44,137 nucleotides of DNA from positions 49,053,422 through 49,097,558 of the forward strand of contig NC_068992.1 of NCBI RefSeq assembly GCF_001194135.2. The letters run 5' to 3'. Positions 34,870 to 44,137 of this stretch are shown piece by piece (position 1 is the stretch's first letter; every line of letters begins with the position of its first letter). The notes beneath the pieces are model-generated. The model saw only the letters and a program-made list of their open reading frames with translations, searched no databases and was not told the DNA's origin. The translations under genes were made by a program, and so were the position numbers. The DNA comes from Octopus bimaculoides. Taxonomy: Eukaryota.

Positions 34870-36450
34870 ATAACAGTTAGTATTGGTGGAAAGACTAGTT
34901 AGCATTTGTAGTCATAGTAGATACTATAGTAATATGTATTGTATACTATACAGTAGTCAGTATTATTAGTTATAGTAGTTAGTACTGGTGGTTATAGTTA
35001 CTAGTTTTGATGGCTATAGTAGTATTGGTGGTCAAAGCCATTAGTAGTGGTGGCTATAATAATTTGTACTGATGGTAATAATAGTTACAATTGGTTAATA
35101 TAGTAGTTAGTATTAGTGAGAACAGTAGTTAGTATCGATGGCGATTCTACAGTAGTTAGAATTACTAGTTATAGTGTTTAGTATTCATGACTATATCAAT
35201 CTTGGTGACAAGAGAAGTTAGTATTGGTGGTTATTGGCAGCTATAGTAGTCAGTAATGGTTACTATAGTAGTTTGTATCGGTGGTTATACTAGTTAACAT
35301 TGGTGGTTATACTAGTTAGTATTGCTGGCTCTTATAGTTACAGCAATTGGTATTGGTGATTACAGTGACTAGTCATTAGATATTATAGTGATTAGTAATA
35401 GGTGGTTATAGTAATTAATTAGTATTGGTTATAATAGTTATCATTAGTTGTTAGTCGCAGTAGCTACAATGGTTTGTATTAGAGGCTATAGTAGCTAGTA
35501 TTGCTGGTTATGGTAGTTAGTATAGTATAGTGTTAGTTGGTATTATTATTATAGTTAGTATTATTAGCTATAGCGGTTAGTATCAATGGTTATCGTTGTT
35601 AGTATTATTGGTTATTTTAGTTAGTATTGGTAACTAAAGAAGTTTAGTATTAGTGGCTGTAGTAGTAAGTATCGGTGGTTAGTAATTAATATTGGTTATT
35701 ATAGTTGTTATTATCAATAGTGAGTTAATATTAGTGGTTATGATTACTATTAGTGACTACAGTAATATTGGTAATTAAAGTAGATAGTGCTTGTGGTTAT
35801 AGAAGTTAGTATTAGTAGTAGTTACAGTAATTTATATTCATGGTTGTATCAGTACTAATGGTTAATGTAACTAATATTGGTAGTTGAAATAGTTAGTATT
35901 AATGGTTAGTATTAATGGTTGCAATAGTTGACTTTGGTGTTTGTAGTAGTTACTGTTGGTTTTGGTTATAGTAGTTACTATTAATACTCGTGGCTACAGT
36001 AATTAGTATTCATGGCTTGGCTCTTGTGCGGGTGGCACATGAGATGCACCATTTTGAGCGTGGCCGTTGCCAGTACCGCCTGACTGGCTCCCGTAGGATT
36101 TTCGAGTGAGATCGTTGCCAGTGCCCCTGGACTGGCTTGTGCGGGTGGCACATAAAAGACACCATTTCGAGCGTGGCCGTTTTCGTGCGGGTGACACGTA
36201 AAAGCACCCACTACACTCTCTGAGTGGTTGGCGTTAGGAAGAGCATCCAGCTGTAGAAACTCTGCCAAATCAGATTGGAGCCTGGTGTTGCCATCCGGTT
36301 TCACCAGTCCTCAGTCAAATCGTCCAACCCATGCTAGCATGGAAAGCGGACGTTAAACGATGATGATGATGATTGTAGTCAGTATTGGTGGTTGTAGCAG
36401 TTAGTATTGGTGGTTATATTATTATTGCAAGTTACGGTATTTAGTATTAG
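34870..36450. repeat. Degenerate TAG-rich minisatellite (about 25-nt unit tagtagttagtattggtggttatag) interrupted by a family R insertion
   Basis: gttagtatt(g/a)gtggttat repeated from about 34870 to 36005 and resuming at about 36375-36450. Confidence 0.85.
36010..36372 (+). mobile_element. Family R retroposon inserted in the minisatellite
   Basis: Internal gtggcac repeats plus a near-consensus 3' end ccatgctagcatggaaagcggacgttaaacgatgatgat. Confidence 0.9.
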
Positions 36451-36591
36451 TATATACGACAGTTGCTCTGTCTCTGATGCGGAAGAATTACTGAGTTCAA
36501 CTCCCGCCACAGTCAGCTTTGTCATTGATACTTCCCAAGCACATAAAGTAAAATTCCAGTCAGGACTGATTTAATCAGCTATATCTTTTGA

Positions 36592-37130
36592 GCATTGGGC
36601 TTGTCAGAGGCAAAGTGGTTGAGTTTCTTTCGAGCATTGGGCCTCATGGAGGCAAAATGGCCAAGCTTCCGGGCCACATGGAAGCAAAGTGGCTGAGTTC
36701 CTTTCCGGCAGGCCTCACTGATGCAAGGTGGCGGAGTTCCTTTCGAATAGGCCTCATGGCGGCAAGATGGCTGAATTCCTTTTGAGCATTGAGCCTCATG
36801 GAGGCAAAGTAGTTGAGCTCCTTTCGAGTTTTGGGCCTCACGGAGGCAATGAGCAAGACCTTTGGCATTATGTCGTGCTTGAGAATAAGACTCAAGCCAT
36901 GCAAAATTGCAGTCATGGCAGATACCGGTGTCACGCAAATGGCACCTGTGCCAGTGACACGTAAAAGCACTCATTACACTCTCAGAGTGGTTGGTGTGAG
37001 GAAGAGCATCCAGCCATGGAAAACCATGCCAAATCAGACTGGATCCTGGGGCAGCCTTCCAACGTGCCAGCCCAGTCAAACCCATGCCAGCATGGACAAC
37101 GGATGCTAAATGATGATAATGATGATGATC
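36592..37130 (+). mobile_element. Long family R variant with about seven degenerate copies of an about 40-42-bp unit at its 5' side
   Basis: gagcattgggcctcatggaggcaaagtggttgagttcctttc-like units at 36592-36850, then the R body and 3' end. Confidence 0.8.
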
Positions 37131-37389
37131 CTCACCAAACATGTACAACTATAAGCCCTTCACCAAAATGCGTTGCCCAATGCCCTTCCCTTAAAATGTG
37201 TTGCTATGTGCTCCTTCCTAAAGATGTGTAGTTATGTGACCTTCCACCAAAATATGCTACTGTATGTTCCACCCAAATATGCTACTGTATGTTCCACCCT
37301 CAAACGTGTGGCTATTTGTTTATGTTTCAAACCAGAATCGTTCATTATAAGATCAATGAATTAGCAGAATCATTGAAGCATCACCACTG

Positions 37390-37760
37390 TCGTTTAACAT
37401 CTGGCTTCCATGCTGATATGGGTCGGAAGATATGACAGGAGCTGGCAAACTGGAGAGCAGCACCAGGTTCCATTGTCTGCTTTGACTTGGTTCCTATGGC
37501 CGGATGCCTTTCCTAATGCCAACTGCTTTATACAGTGTACTAGGTGTTTTTTTTTATGTGGCACCAGCTCTGGTGCTTTTTACATGGCACCAACACCAGC
37601 AGGGTGACCGAGAAAATTGCAAAACAAAGACCTCCTCAGCTGAGAGTGGAATTGAGTGGAATTGAGTGGAACTGTGGGAAGTGACTTTGTAACAGGTGAA
37701 AGGTTAGAGTATAATAGAGGGATAAAGATAGGTGTCTTACTGTGGAGGAGATATTTGGCT
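37390..37760 (-). mobile_element. Family R long variant, diverged
   Basis: cgtttaacatctggcttccatgctg...ggatgcctttcctaatgccaac on +. Confidence 0.7.
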
Positions 37761-38182
37761 ACCCCAGTAGGGAAAGAGAGGAAAGGAAGGAGAGTTGGAG
37801 AGAAAATTAGAGAGAAAGATAGAGATAGTTAGAGAGACAAAGAGAGCAGTTAATCAAATATAGTCTTGTCCCTTTATGTTCTTGGATCAAATTCTTCAAT
37901 GATCAACTTTTCATTCCATCATTCTGAGATTAATAAAATAAATACCAGGAGAGAGAGGAGTCACTTTATAGCCTTCTTCCAATGCCAAATTATTAACTCT
38001 TCTCATTTAAGTATGATTTGCCAAAGTTTACATAGAAAGGAGATATGGTTCTGTACGATGCCCATGTCTTTCCCAAGGGTACATCTAATGGAAATCAAAT
38101 GAAATTACTCCATTCCCAGCTTGGAATGGAAATTTGTACACCTGTAGACATGATTTGCCAAAACTTGTATAACTAGTCATGT

Positions 38183-38475
38183 AGGCGCAGGTGTGGCTGT
38201 GTGGTAAGAAGTTTGTTTTCCAACCACATGGTGCCAGATTCAATCTCACTGCATGGCACTGTGGGCGAGTGTCTTCTACAATTTATTGCATAGGAGCCAA
38301 CCAAAGCCTTGTAAGTGGATTTGGCAGACGGAAACTGAAAGAAGACTGCTGTGTATATGTGTGTGTCTTTGCATCTGGGTTTGTCCCCCACCACTGCTTG
38401 ACAATTATTGTTGGTGTGTTTACATTCCCATAACTTTGCAGTTCAGCAAAAGAGAACCAATAGAATAAGTACCAG
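38183..38475 (+). mobile_element. Near full-length family C SINE (short internal TG tract)
   Basis: ggcgcaggtgtggctgtgtggtaagaag...gaaactgaaagaag...tttgtcccccacc...atagaataagtacc. Confidence 0.85.
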
Positions 38476-38494
38476 GGACGAAGGGAGAGAGAAG

Positions 38495-39260
38495 TTGATC
38501 ATATCAATTGCAGTACTTATTTTATCGACCCTGAAAGTTGAACCAAGTGCATAAAGATGGATGAAATGCTTACTAAGCATTTTTCCCAGTGTGCTAACCA
38601 TTCTACCAGCTCACCACCTTATCATCATTTAATAATAATAATAATAACAACAACAATAATAACAATAATAATAATAATGGCTGACGATATGTGCATCTCT
38701 CATCATGAGCAGAAGTGGTGGGGGAGCATCATAGCCATGTGTTGAGAGGAATTCTTTGGGGTTTGAATAATTCACCTTTGGAAATATGGGTGTATTGTTC
38801 AACATCCTTAAACAGACCTTATTCAGGGACCTTTTGAGCGAGATGGGCTACTCGACCTGAAGAAAATTCTAACTAGGCCCCCACCTGCGAGGTCTTGCGC
38901 TGTTTATCTTGATATGAGATCATCATGTCGTGCACATGTGCCTGGGGTACCCTTATCAGACGGGTAGTCATGATGGGTATACTGGGCTTCATATATTTTA
39001 CCCCAGTGTCACTTTGATGACATGTACTGTTCTCTCACTCAATAATAATAATAATGGTTTCAAATAATGGTTTCAAATTTTGGCACAAGGCCAGCAGCTT
39101 TAGGAGAAAGGGTAAGTCAACATCATCAACCATCGTATTTCACTGGTACTTATTTGATTGACTTTGAAATAACAAAAGGTAAAGCTAACCTCAAACTCAG
39201 AATGTATAGACAGACCAAATGCTACTAAGCATTTTGCAGGAGTGTGCTGCCACCTTAAAC
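38495..39260. mobile_element. Two family M fragments (minus, about 38495-38650 and 39045-39260) around an unclassified (AAT)n-tailed repeat (about 38690-39045)
   Basis: cagtacttattttatcgaccctgaaag and ctggtacttatttgattgac Meta-like cores; (aat)n tails. Confidence 0.65.
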
Positions 39261-39481
39261 AACAGCAGCAGCAGCAGCAGCAACAACAACTACTACTACA
39301 TCAAAATCACAACTCCTCATTAATGGAAGAATGTCTCAATAAAAAATATTCAGGGCCCCAATAACAGTTCCTCAAATTTAGATTAAATATTTCATTGTAT
39401 GGGGCTCATATTTCCTTGTTCTAGAATGTGATTAAGCTGAATAAAGTCAGACCAAGAGACATTTTAAAACTTTCTTTATCA

Positions 39482-39487
39482 TTTATT
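39482..39487 (-). promoter_or_regulatory. Putative polyadenylation signal AATAAA of the minus-strand gene
   Basis: tttatt on + at 39482-39487, just 3' of the stop codon, followed on minus by a U/GU-rich tract (atgtctcttggtctg). Confidence 0.5.
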
Positions 39488-39543
39488 AAAACAAAGTGTA
39501 CAGACAATCGGTAAAAATTTCTTTGAAAGTATCGATTGCATTT

Positions 39544-39588
39544 TCAAACCATTTTTCCTTTAGATTTCTTAAATTTGTTTTTCAGATT
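39544..39588 (-). CDS. EXOSC10: Terminal coding exon: NLKNKFKKSKGKMV-stop
   Basis: Acceptor atttttctttcag|AAT; phase 0; TGA ends at 39544; basic NLS-like tail; AATAAA about 56 nt downstream. Confidence 0.6.
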   Translation of the reverse strand, partial: NLKNKFKKSKGKMV

Positions 39589-39879
39589 CTGAAAGAAAAA
39601 TACATAAATCTATAAATATTTTACCACATCCAAAACAGAAGCAGAAATTGATTTATCAAATTATTTTTAATTATTTTTTTTTTAATGATACTGTTTTACA
39701 CACAGACACACACACACATATACATTACACATATGCACACTTCACAAATAAAAATATAACATCATCAGTTTGCATATACCTTTCTATGGTAGCACAGAAA
39801 AGCACACAAATATGCACACAAAAATTCAGACATATATACGTAGGAAGTTTGGCACCCATGCCAACGTCATCTCCTTCAC

Positions 39880-40280
39880 TGGACACGAAACTCAGCTTGC
39901 GAAGACCTGATGGGGCAAGCGAAATCGTGATGGCACCTGTGCCCAGCATCGCCTTCCTGGCACTTGTGCCCGTGGCACGTGTAAAGACATTCGAGCGAGA
40001 TCGTTGCCAATGCCGCTGGACTGGCTCCTGTGCAGGTGGCACGTAAAATACACCATTTTGAACGTGGTCGTTGCCAGTACCACCTGACTGGCCTTCGTGC
40101 CGGTGGCACATAAAATCACCCACTACACTCTCGGAGTGGTTGGCATTAGGAAGGGCATCCAGCTGTAGAAACTCTGCCAAATCAGATTGGAGCCTGGTGC
40201 AGCCATCTGGTTCACCAGTCCTCAGTCAAATCGTCCAACCCGTGCTAGCATGGAAAGCAGACGTTAAACGATGATGATGA
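39880..40280 (+). mobile_element. Family R retroposon in the last intron, antisense to the host gene
   Basis: Internal repeats plus conserved 3' end ...gtgctagcatggaaagcagacgttaaacgatgatgatg. Confidence 0.9.
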
Positions 40281-40428
40281 CGTAGTCTTTCTACAAAGAA
40301 GTTCCCTTACTGGTCAATATTGCTACATAGAAGCTCTCTCACTGGTCAGTGTTGCTACACAGCATTGTCTCAGTATTAGTACAAAACAAAAAGAACAAAC
40401 GGAGAAACTACCAATCATAGTACTTTAC

Positions 40429-40484
40429 CTTTTTGCTCTGTTTGAGCAGTTTCTCTGATAATCTTCCTCCAAAAGTACCAGTTG
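40429..40484 (-). CDS. EXOSC10: Coding exon (56 nt, phase 1 to 0): (A)TGTFGGRLSEKLLKQSKK
   Basis: Acceptor tattttctcccttgtttccaatag|CA, donor AAG|gtaaag; phases fit both neighbours. Confidence 0.6.
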
Positions 40485-40741
40485 CTATTGGAAACAAGGG
40501 AGAAAATAGTTTAGACTTTAGATGGCTGCCAATACTGCTTGTAAGATCATGAAGAATTTTAAACAGATTTCTACACTGTTTGACAATAATGAGTATGGTG
40601 CAATGAACTACTGGAGTCAAAGGAATTTCAACAACTATTCCGCTTCCCACCCAACACCTCAAAACTACTGACCTTGTGCCTAAATCAAAAGCCATTACTA
40701 TTATTACAATTATTATTATTACTATTATTATTATCATTATT

Positions 40742-40968
40742 AGAGCGGTGAGCTGGCAAAATTGTTAGTGCACCAAGCAAAATCCTTAGCAGCATTTGGT
40801 CGGTCTTTATTATTATTATTCTCCCGACAAGGTTGCATTTGCCTTTCATTTTTGGGGGGATCGATAAAATAAGTACCAGTTGCACACTGGGGGTCGATTT
40901 AATCAATTACCTCCCTCCCACAAAACTTTAGGTTTTGTGCCTGCAAAAAAAGGGGATTATCATTATTA
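40742..40968 (+). mobile_element. Family M SINE whose tail abuts the donor site of the 256-nt exon
   Basis: gagcggtgagctggcaaaattgttag...gataaaataagtaccagttgcac...ggattatcattattac. Confidence 0.8.
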
Positions 40969-40973
40969 CTCAC

Positions 40974-41229
40974 CACTAAACATCTTGAGATTAACATCGT
41001 CATAGTTGAAGGGATTAATATCAGTGAGATTTTTCTTGCCAAATCTACCAGGTTCCGTACTGACGTCCATACTTGGAGATATCTTCTCTTCAATTATTTC
41101 TACATCAGAATTTTCGGAATCACTGATTTCTACTGTTTCAATAGTGTTCTCTGGCACCATCATTTTCATCTTTTTCCGTTCCTCTTCCATCCTGACCATC
41201 TTTTTCATGAGTTTCTTCTTCAAAGGTGG
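40974..41229 (-). CDS. EXOSC10: Coding exon (256 nt, phase 0 to 1): PPLKKKLMKK...TDINPFNYDDVNLKMFS
   Basis: Acceptor ttttatttctcattgttccag|CCA, donor GTG|gtgagt; 85 open codons, K/E-rich. INPFNYDDVNLKMFS resembles the C-terminal PYDYSQSDFKAFAG motif of human EXOSC10 (from memory; needs BLAST). The exon is more certain than the gene name. Confidence 0.65.
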
Positions 41230-41274
41230 CTGGAACAATGAGAAATAAAACTGTCAATATTCACTTAACAACAA

Positions 41275-41720
41275 TAACATCATCGTCATCATTTAACATC
41301 CATTTTCCATGCTGGCATGGGTTGGACAGTTTAACAGAAAATTGGTAAGCCGGGGAGTTGCACCAGGTTCCAATCTGATTTGGCATGGTCTCTATGGCTG
41401 GACGCCCTTCCTAACACCAACCACTCCAAGAATGTAGTGAGAGCTTTTTACATACCACCAGCACAGGTGCCAATTATGAAACACCGGCATCGGGCATGAC
41501 TACAATCTCACTTGGCTTGCCAAAGGTCTCGGTCACTTGTCACTGCCTCGATGAGGCGCAATGTTTGAAGGGTGCTTTTTATGTGCCACCAGCATGGGTG
41601 CCAATTACGTAACATTGGCATCAGCCACGACTATGACGATTTCACTTGGCTTGATGGATCATCTCAAGCACGGCATATTGCCCAATTTTCGAAGGGAGCT
41701 TTTTATGTGCCACCGAGGTG
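41275..41720 (-). mobile_element. Family R long variant (intronic)
   Basis: catcatttaacatccattttccatgctggcatgggttgg...gcccttcctaacaccaaccactcc on +. Confidence 0.8.
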
Positions 41721-42194
41721 AACTTTGCTTTTTAAACCCCAGGACATCTCAAACCTGTTCGTCCATGAGGAAATATTACTGTGGATGAAAACAGGTGAGA
41801 ATTGGTTATGGAAAGAGAATCTAGATGTAGAAAAAAAAAAACCCAGCTCCAACAAATTTCATGGGACTCATGCATACATGGAAAACCAGATTTTAAAACA
41901 ATGATAAAGGTGGTAGTAGCAGTGTATGTGGAACTACATTATCTGATGTATACTCCCTTGTGGGGTTTTTTTTTGGGGGGGGGGATACGGAATAGCTGAG
42001 TTGGTAGCTATTTCCAACAGATCAAGTAACCACTACTGAGTAATCTGTATACCCAGTACCCCGTCCTACCACAATCCAATTGGTATACCTATTCCTATCA
42101 CTAAACCACTCAACTTGTTTTGTCTTCAGTCAAGTAAACTACAAAAAGCAGAGTTACGTACCTTACTTTGTCACATGACAATGTGTTCACTCTA

Positions 42195-42501
42195 CAGTAG
42201 GAATTCTCATTTTTTATCTACGGACCCCTTTGGTTACTATTTTATTCTGATGGACCCCTCCCCAACCATTCGATGTTTAAAAACTAATTCTATGGATGCT
42301 TCTTTCAAAGTTCCTATTTTGTTATTCACACATTAACTTCTCTGGGTTGAACACTGTAAAACACTTAGAGAAAAACCAGCTGTTCCTTGCAATCTAAAGC
42401 AAAACTTTTTTTCAAGGACCCTTAATAAATACTGTGGATCCCTAATTTACTATTTTGCTTGCATGGACCCGGGTCATATAGGCCCCAGTTGAGAACCACT
42501 G
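42195..42501. mobile_element. hAT-like non-autonomous DNA transposon (MITE), intronic
   Basis: Right end gttgagaaccactg (CAGTGGTTCTCAAC-type TIR), degenerate left end cagtaggaattctca, five subterminal gga(c/t)cc motifs; no clear 8-bp TSD. Confidence 0.55.
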
Positions 42502-42594
42502 TGCTACGGTCTGAATGTAGTCCAAAACTATTCTATCTTTGCTTTTCATTTTGAATTTTATGTTTGAGCTGTTTTATGGAAGTTGGGATGAGCG

Positions 42595-42900
42595 GATATC
42601 ATCATCATTTAACATCTATTGTCCATGCTGGCATCTGTTGGATGGTTTGACCAGGGCTGGCAAGCTGGGGAGCTGCACCAGACTCTAGTCTGATTTGGGA
42701 TGGTCTCTACGGCTGGATGCTCTTCCTGATGCAAACCACTTTACAGAATGTGCTGGGTGCTTTTACATGGGCACTTTTATGTGGCACCGCACAGGCACTT
42801 TTACATGGCTTTACACCACCAGAAGGATCAGTCTTAACACTTCTGCTGCGGGAGGTGAGTCTTAGAAAAACTGAAGGGCTGCCAGTGTGTGAATCGGAGA
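42595..42900 (-). mobile_element. Family R element (intronic)
   Basis: catcatcatttaacatctattgtccatgctggcat...ggctggatgctcttcctgatgc. Confidence 0.75.
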
Positions 42901-42997
42901 GAGGAATATGGTGAATAACATCATAATTAACTAATCTTCCTGTATTTTCTTTTACCCAAAACCAAGAACTTCTCAGCACCCATCTCGTATACCTTAC

Positions 42998-43068
42998 CCT
43001 GAAAGACAGAGGAATAATTTCTCCAGGTACTTCTTGTGGACTTTCATCATTTACAGACATTTCTGTTT
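42998..43068 (-). CDS. EXOSC10: Internal coding exon (71 nt, phase 1 to 0) of a minus-strand gene, probably EXOSC10/RRP6; ...TEMSVNDESPQEVPGEIIPLSFR
   Basis: Acceptor tttgttttatttgcag|AAACAG and donor AGG|gtaagg; open frame; ends in phase 0, matching the next exon. Splice structure is seen in the sequence; gene identity is inferred from the downstream exon motif. Confidence 0.6.
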
Positions 43069-43271
43069 CTGCAAATAAAACAAATAACATCAACAACAAA
43101 TAACAAACAAGACTCAACTAGTAAATTTGTAAGGAATGGAGAATCTCAAAGTAAATAAAGCAATAAATGATATCAAGTAAATATAGAACTGAAACAATCC
43201 CGAAAGAGGCAGAGACTGCAATTAAATGACACTTATCAAACTAGATATTTTTTTTGGAGGGGGAGGGTTGT

Positions 43272-43610
43272 TTTTACTTGTTTCAGTCATTAGACTGTGG
43301 CCATGCTGGGGCACCGCCTTGAAGAATTTTCAGTCGAATGACTCCTCGAGCCCAGTACTTACTCTGTTAGTCTCTTTTGCAGAACTACTAAGTTACAAGG
43401 ATGTAAACATACTAACACCAGTTGTCAAACTGTGGAGGGGAACAAAAACACACACATATATATACGACAGGCTTCTTTCAGTTTCCATCTACCAAATCCA
43501 CTCACAAGGCTTTGGTAGGCCTGAGGCTACAGAAGACACTTGTCCAAGGTACCATGCAATGGAACTGAACCCAGAACCATACGGTTAGGAAGCAAGTTTC
43601 TTATCACACA
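43272..43610 (-). mobile_element. Near full-length family C SINE (intronic)
   Basis: Colinear with 2013-2460 but with only a short acacacatatatata internal tract. Confidence 0.85.
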
Positions 43611-43989
43611 CACACACATATAGTGCAGGAGTGTATACATATGCATACACCCACACATCACCACCACCACCATTTTTACATCCAATTTTCCTTGCTGACA
43701 GGAGTTGGAGGCACATCGTAGCTCAGTTCAGTGTATATCTGAAGTTACTGTCCACCAAGATACATCAGGGCCCATGTCTTGCTCACAAATTCTATTTTGG
43801 GGCTTGATGCCCTTCCTATCCTAGATCATTGCTTGCCCCTTATCATGGACCCAGCACTAGAGAGGTTCACTAAGAAGTCCTCTCTACTCATTTCCCATTT
43901 GTTTGTTTGCCATCATCAGACCATTCTTTCATCCGCAGTTAGCCTAAAGAGAGACCTCCCTTCCACATGTTGTCTTCATATATCTAGGC

Positions 43990-44137
43990 ATAGGAGTGGC
44001 TGTGTGGTAAGTAGCTTGCTTACCAACCACATGGTCCCGGGTTCAGTCCCACTGCGTAGCACCTTGGGCAAGTGTCTTCTACTATAGCCTCGGGCCGACC
44101 AAAGCCTTGTGAGTGGAAACTGAAAGAAGCCTGTCGT
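43990..44137 (+). mobile_element. Family C SINE 5' part, runs off the window end
   Basis: ggagtggctgtgtggtaagtagcttgcttaccaaccacatggtcccgggttcagtcccactgcg...cttgggcaagtgtctt. Confidence 0.9.

Noticed and set aside
36579-37148. 189-aa repeat-containing ORF; the array superficially resembles CRISPR
   Set aside because: Lies antisense within a retroposon; the units are contiguous degenerate repeats without unique spacers, there are no cas genes, and the context is eukaryotic.
39725-40180. Recurrent ORFs like MAEFLQLDALPNANHSESVVGAF (also 21529-21759, 35981-36304)
   Set aside because: Antisense reading of family R; differently frameshifted in each copy.
42958-42999. Alternative exon GKVYEMGAEKFLVL after ctgtctttcag
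   Set aside because: The AGG|GTAAGG donor gives a phase-consistent join to the next exon; the alternative needs a weaker donor and has no supporting phase chain I could establish.

Overview
AT-rich, repeat-saturated eukaryotic DNA with eight N-gaps. The SINE/LINE repertoire and the (TA)n/(CA)n/(GAT)n microsatellite load point to an octopod cephalopod genome (inference, not a database result). Nearly all ORF-track entries are artefacts of microsatellites, N-runs or antisense reading of repeats. The only host gene I can support is four phase-compatible 3'-terminal coding exons on the minus strand (43068-42998, 41229-40974, 40484-40429, 39588-39544) with a polyA signal, encoding a Lys-rich C-terminus that resembles EXOSC10/RRP6. 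The rest is decayed TEs (RTE RT, R4/Dong-like RLE LINE pieces, Tc1, hAT-like MITE), several tRNA-derived SINE families and minisatellites. The most notable unexplained signal is five type-I hammerhead-ribozyme motifs at four loci (1706-1764 minus and 1912-1981 plus as an inverted pair, 16790-16861 plus, 24020-24080 minus, 25968-26058 minus). All five have the CUGANGA/GAAA core, a GUH cleavage triplet, a paired stem I and a tiny (near-)palindromic stem III, the architecture of Penelope-like-element/retrozyme hammerheads. All pairings and coordinates were read by eye; repeat boundaries are approximate.
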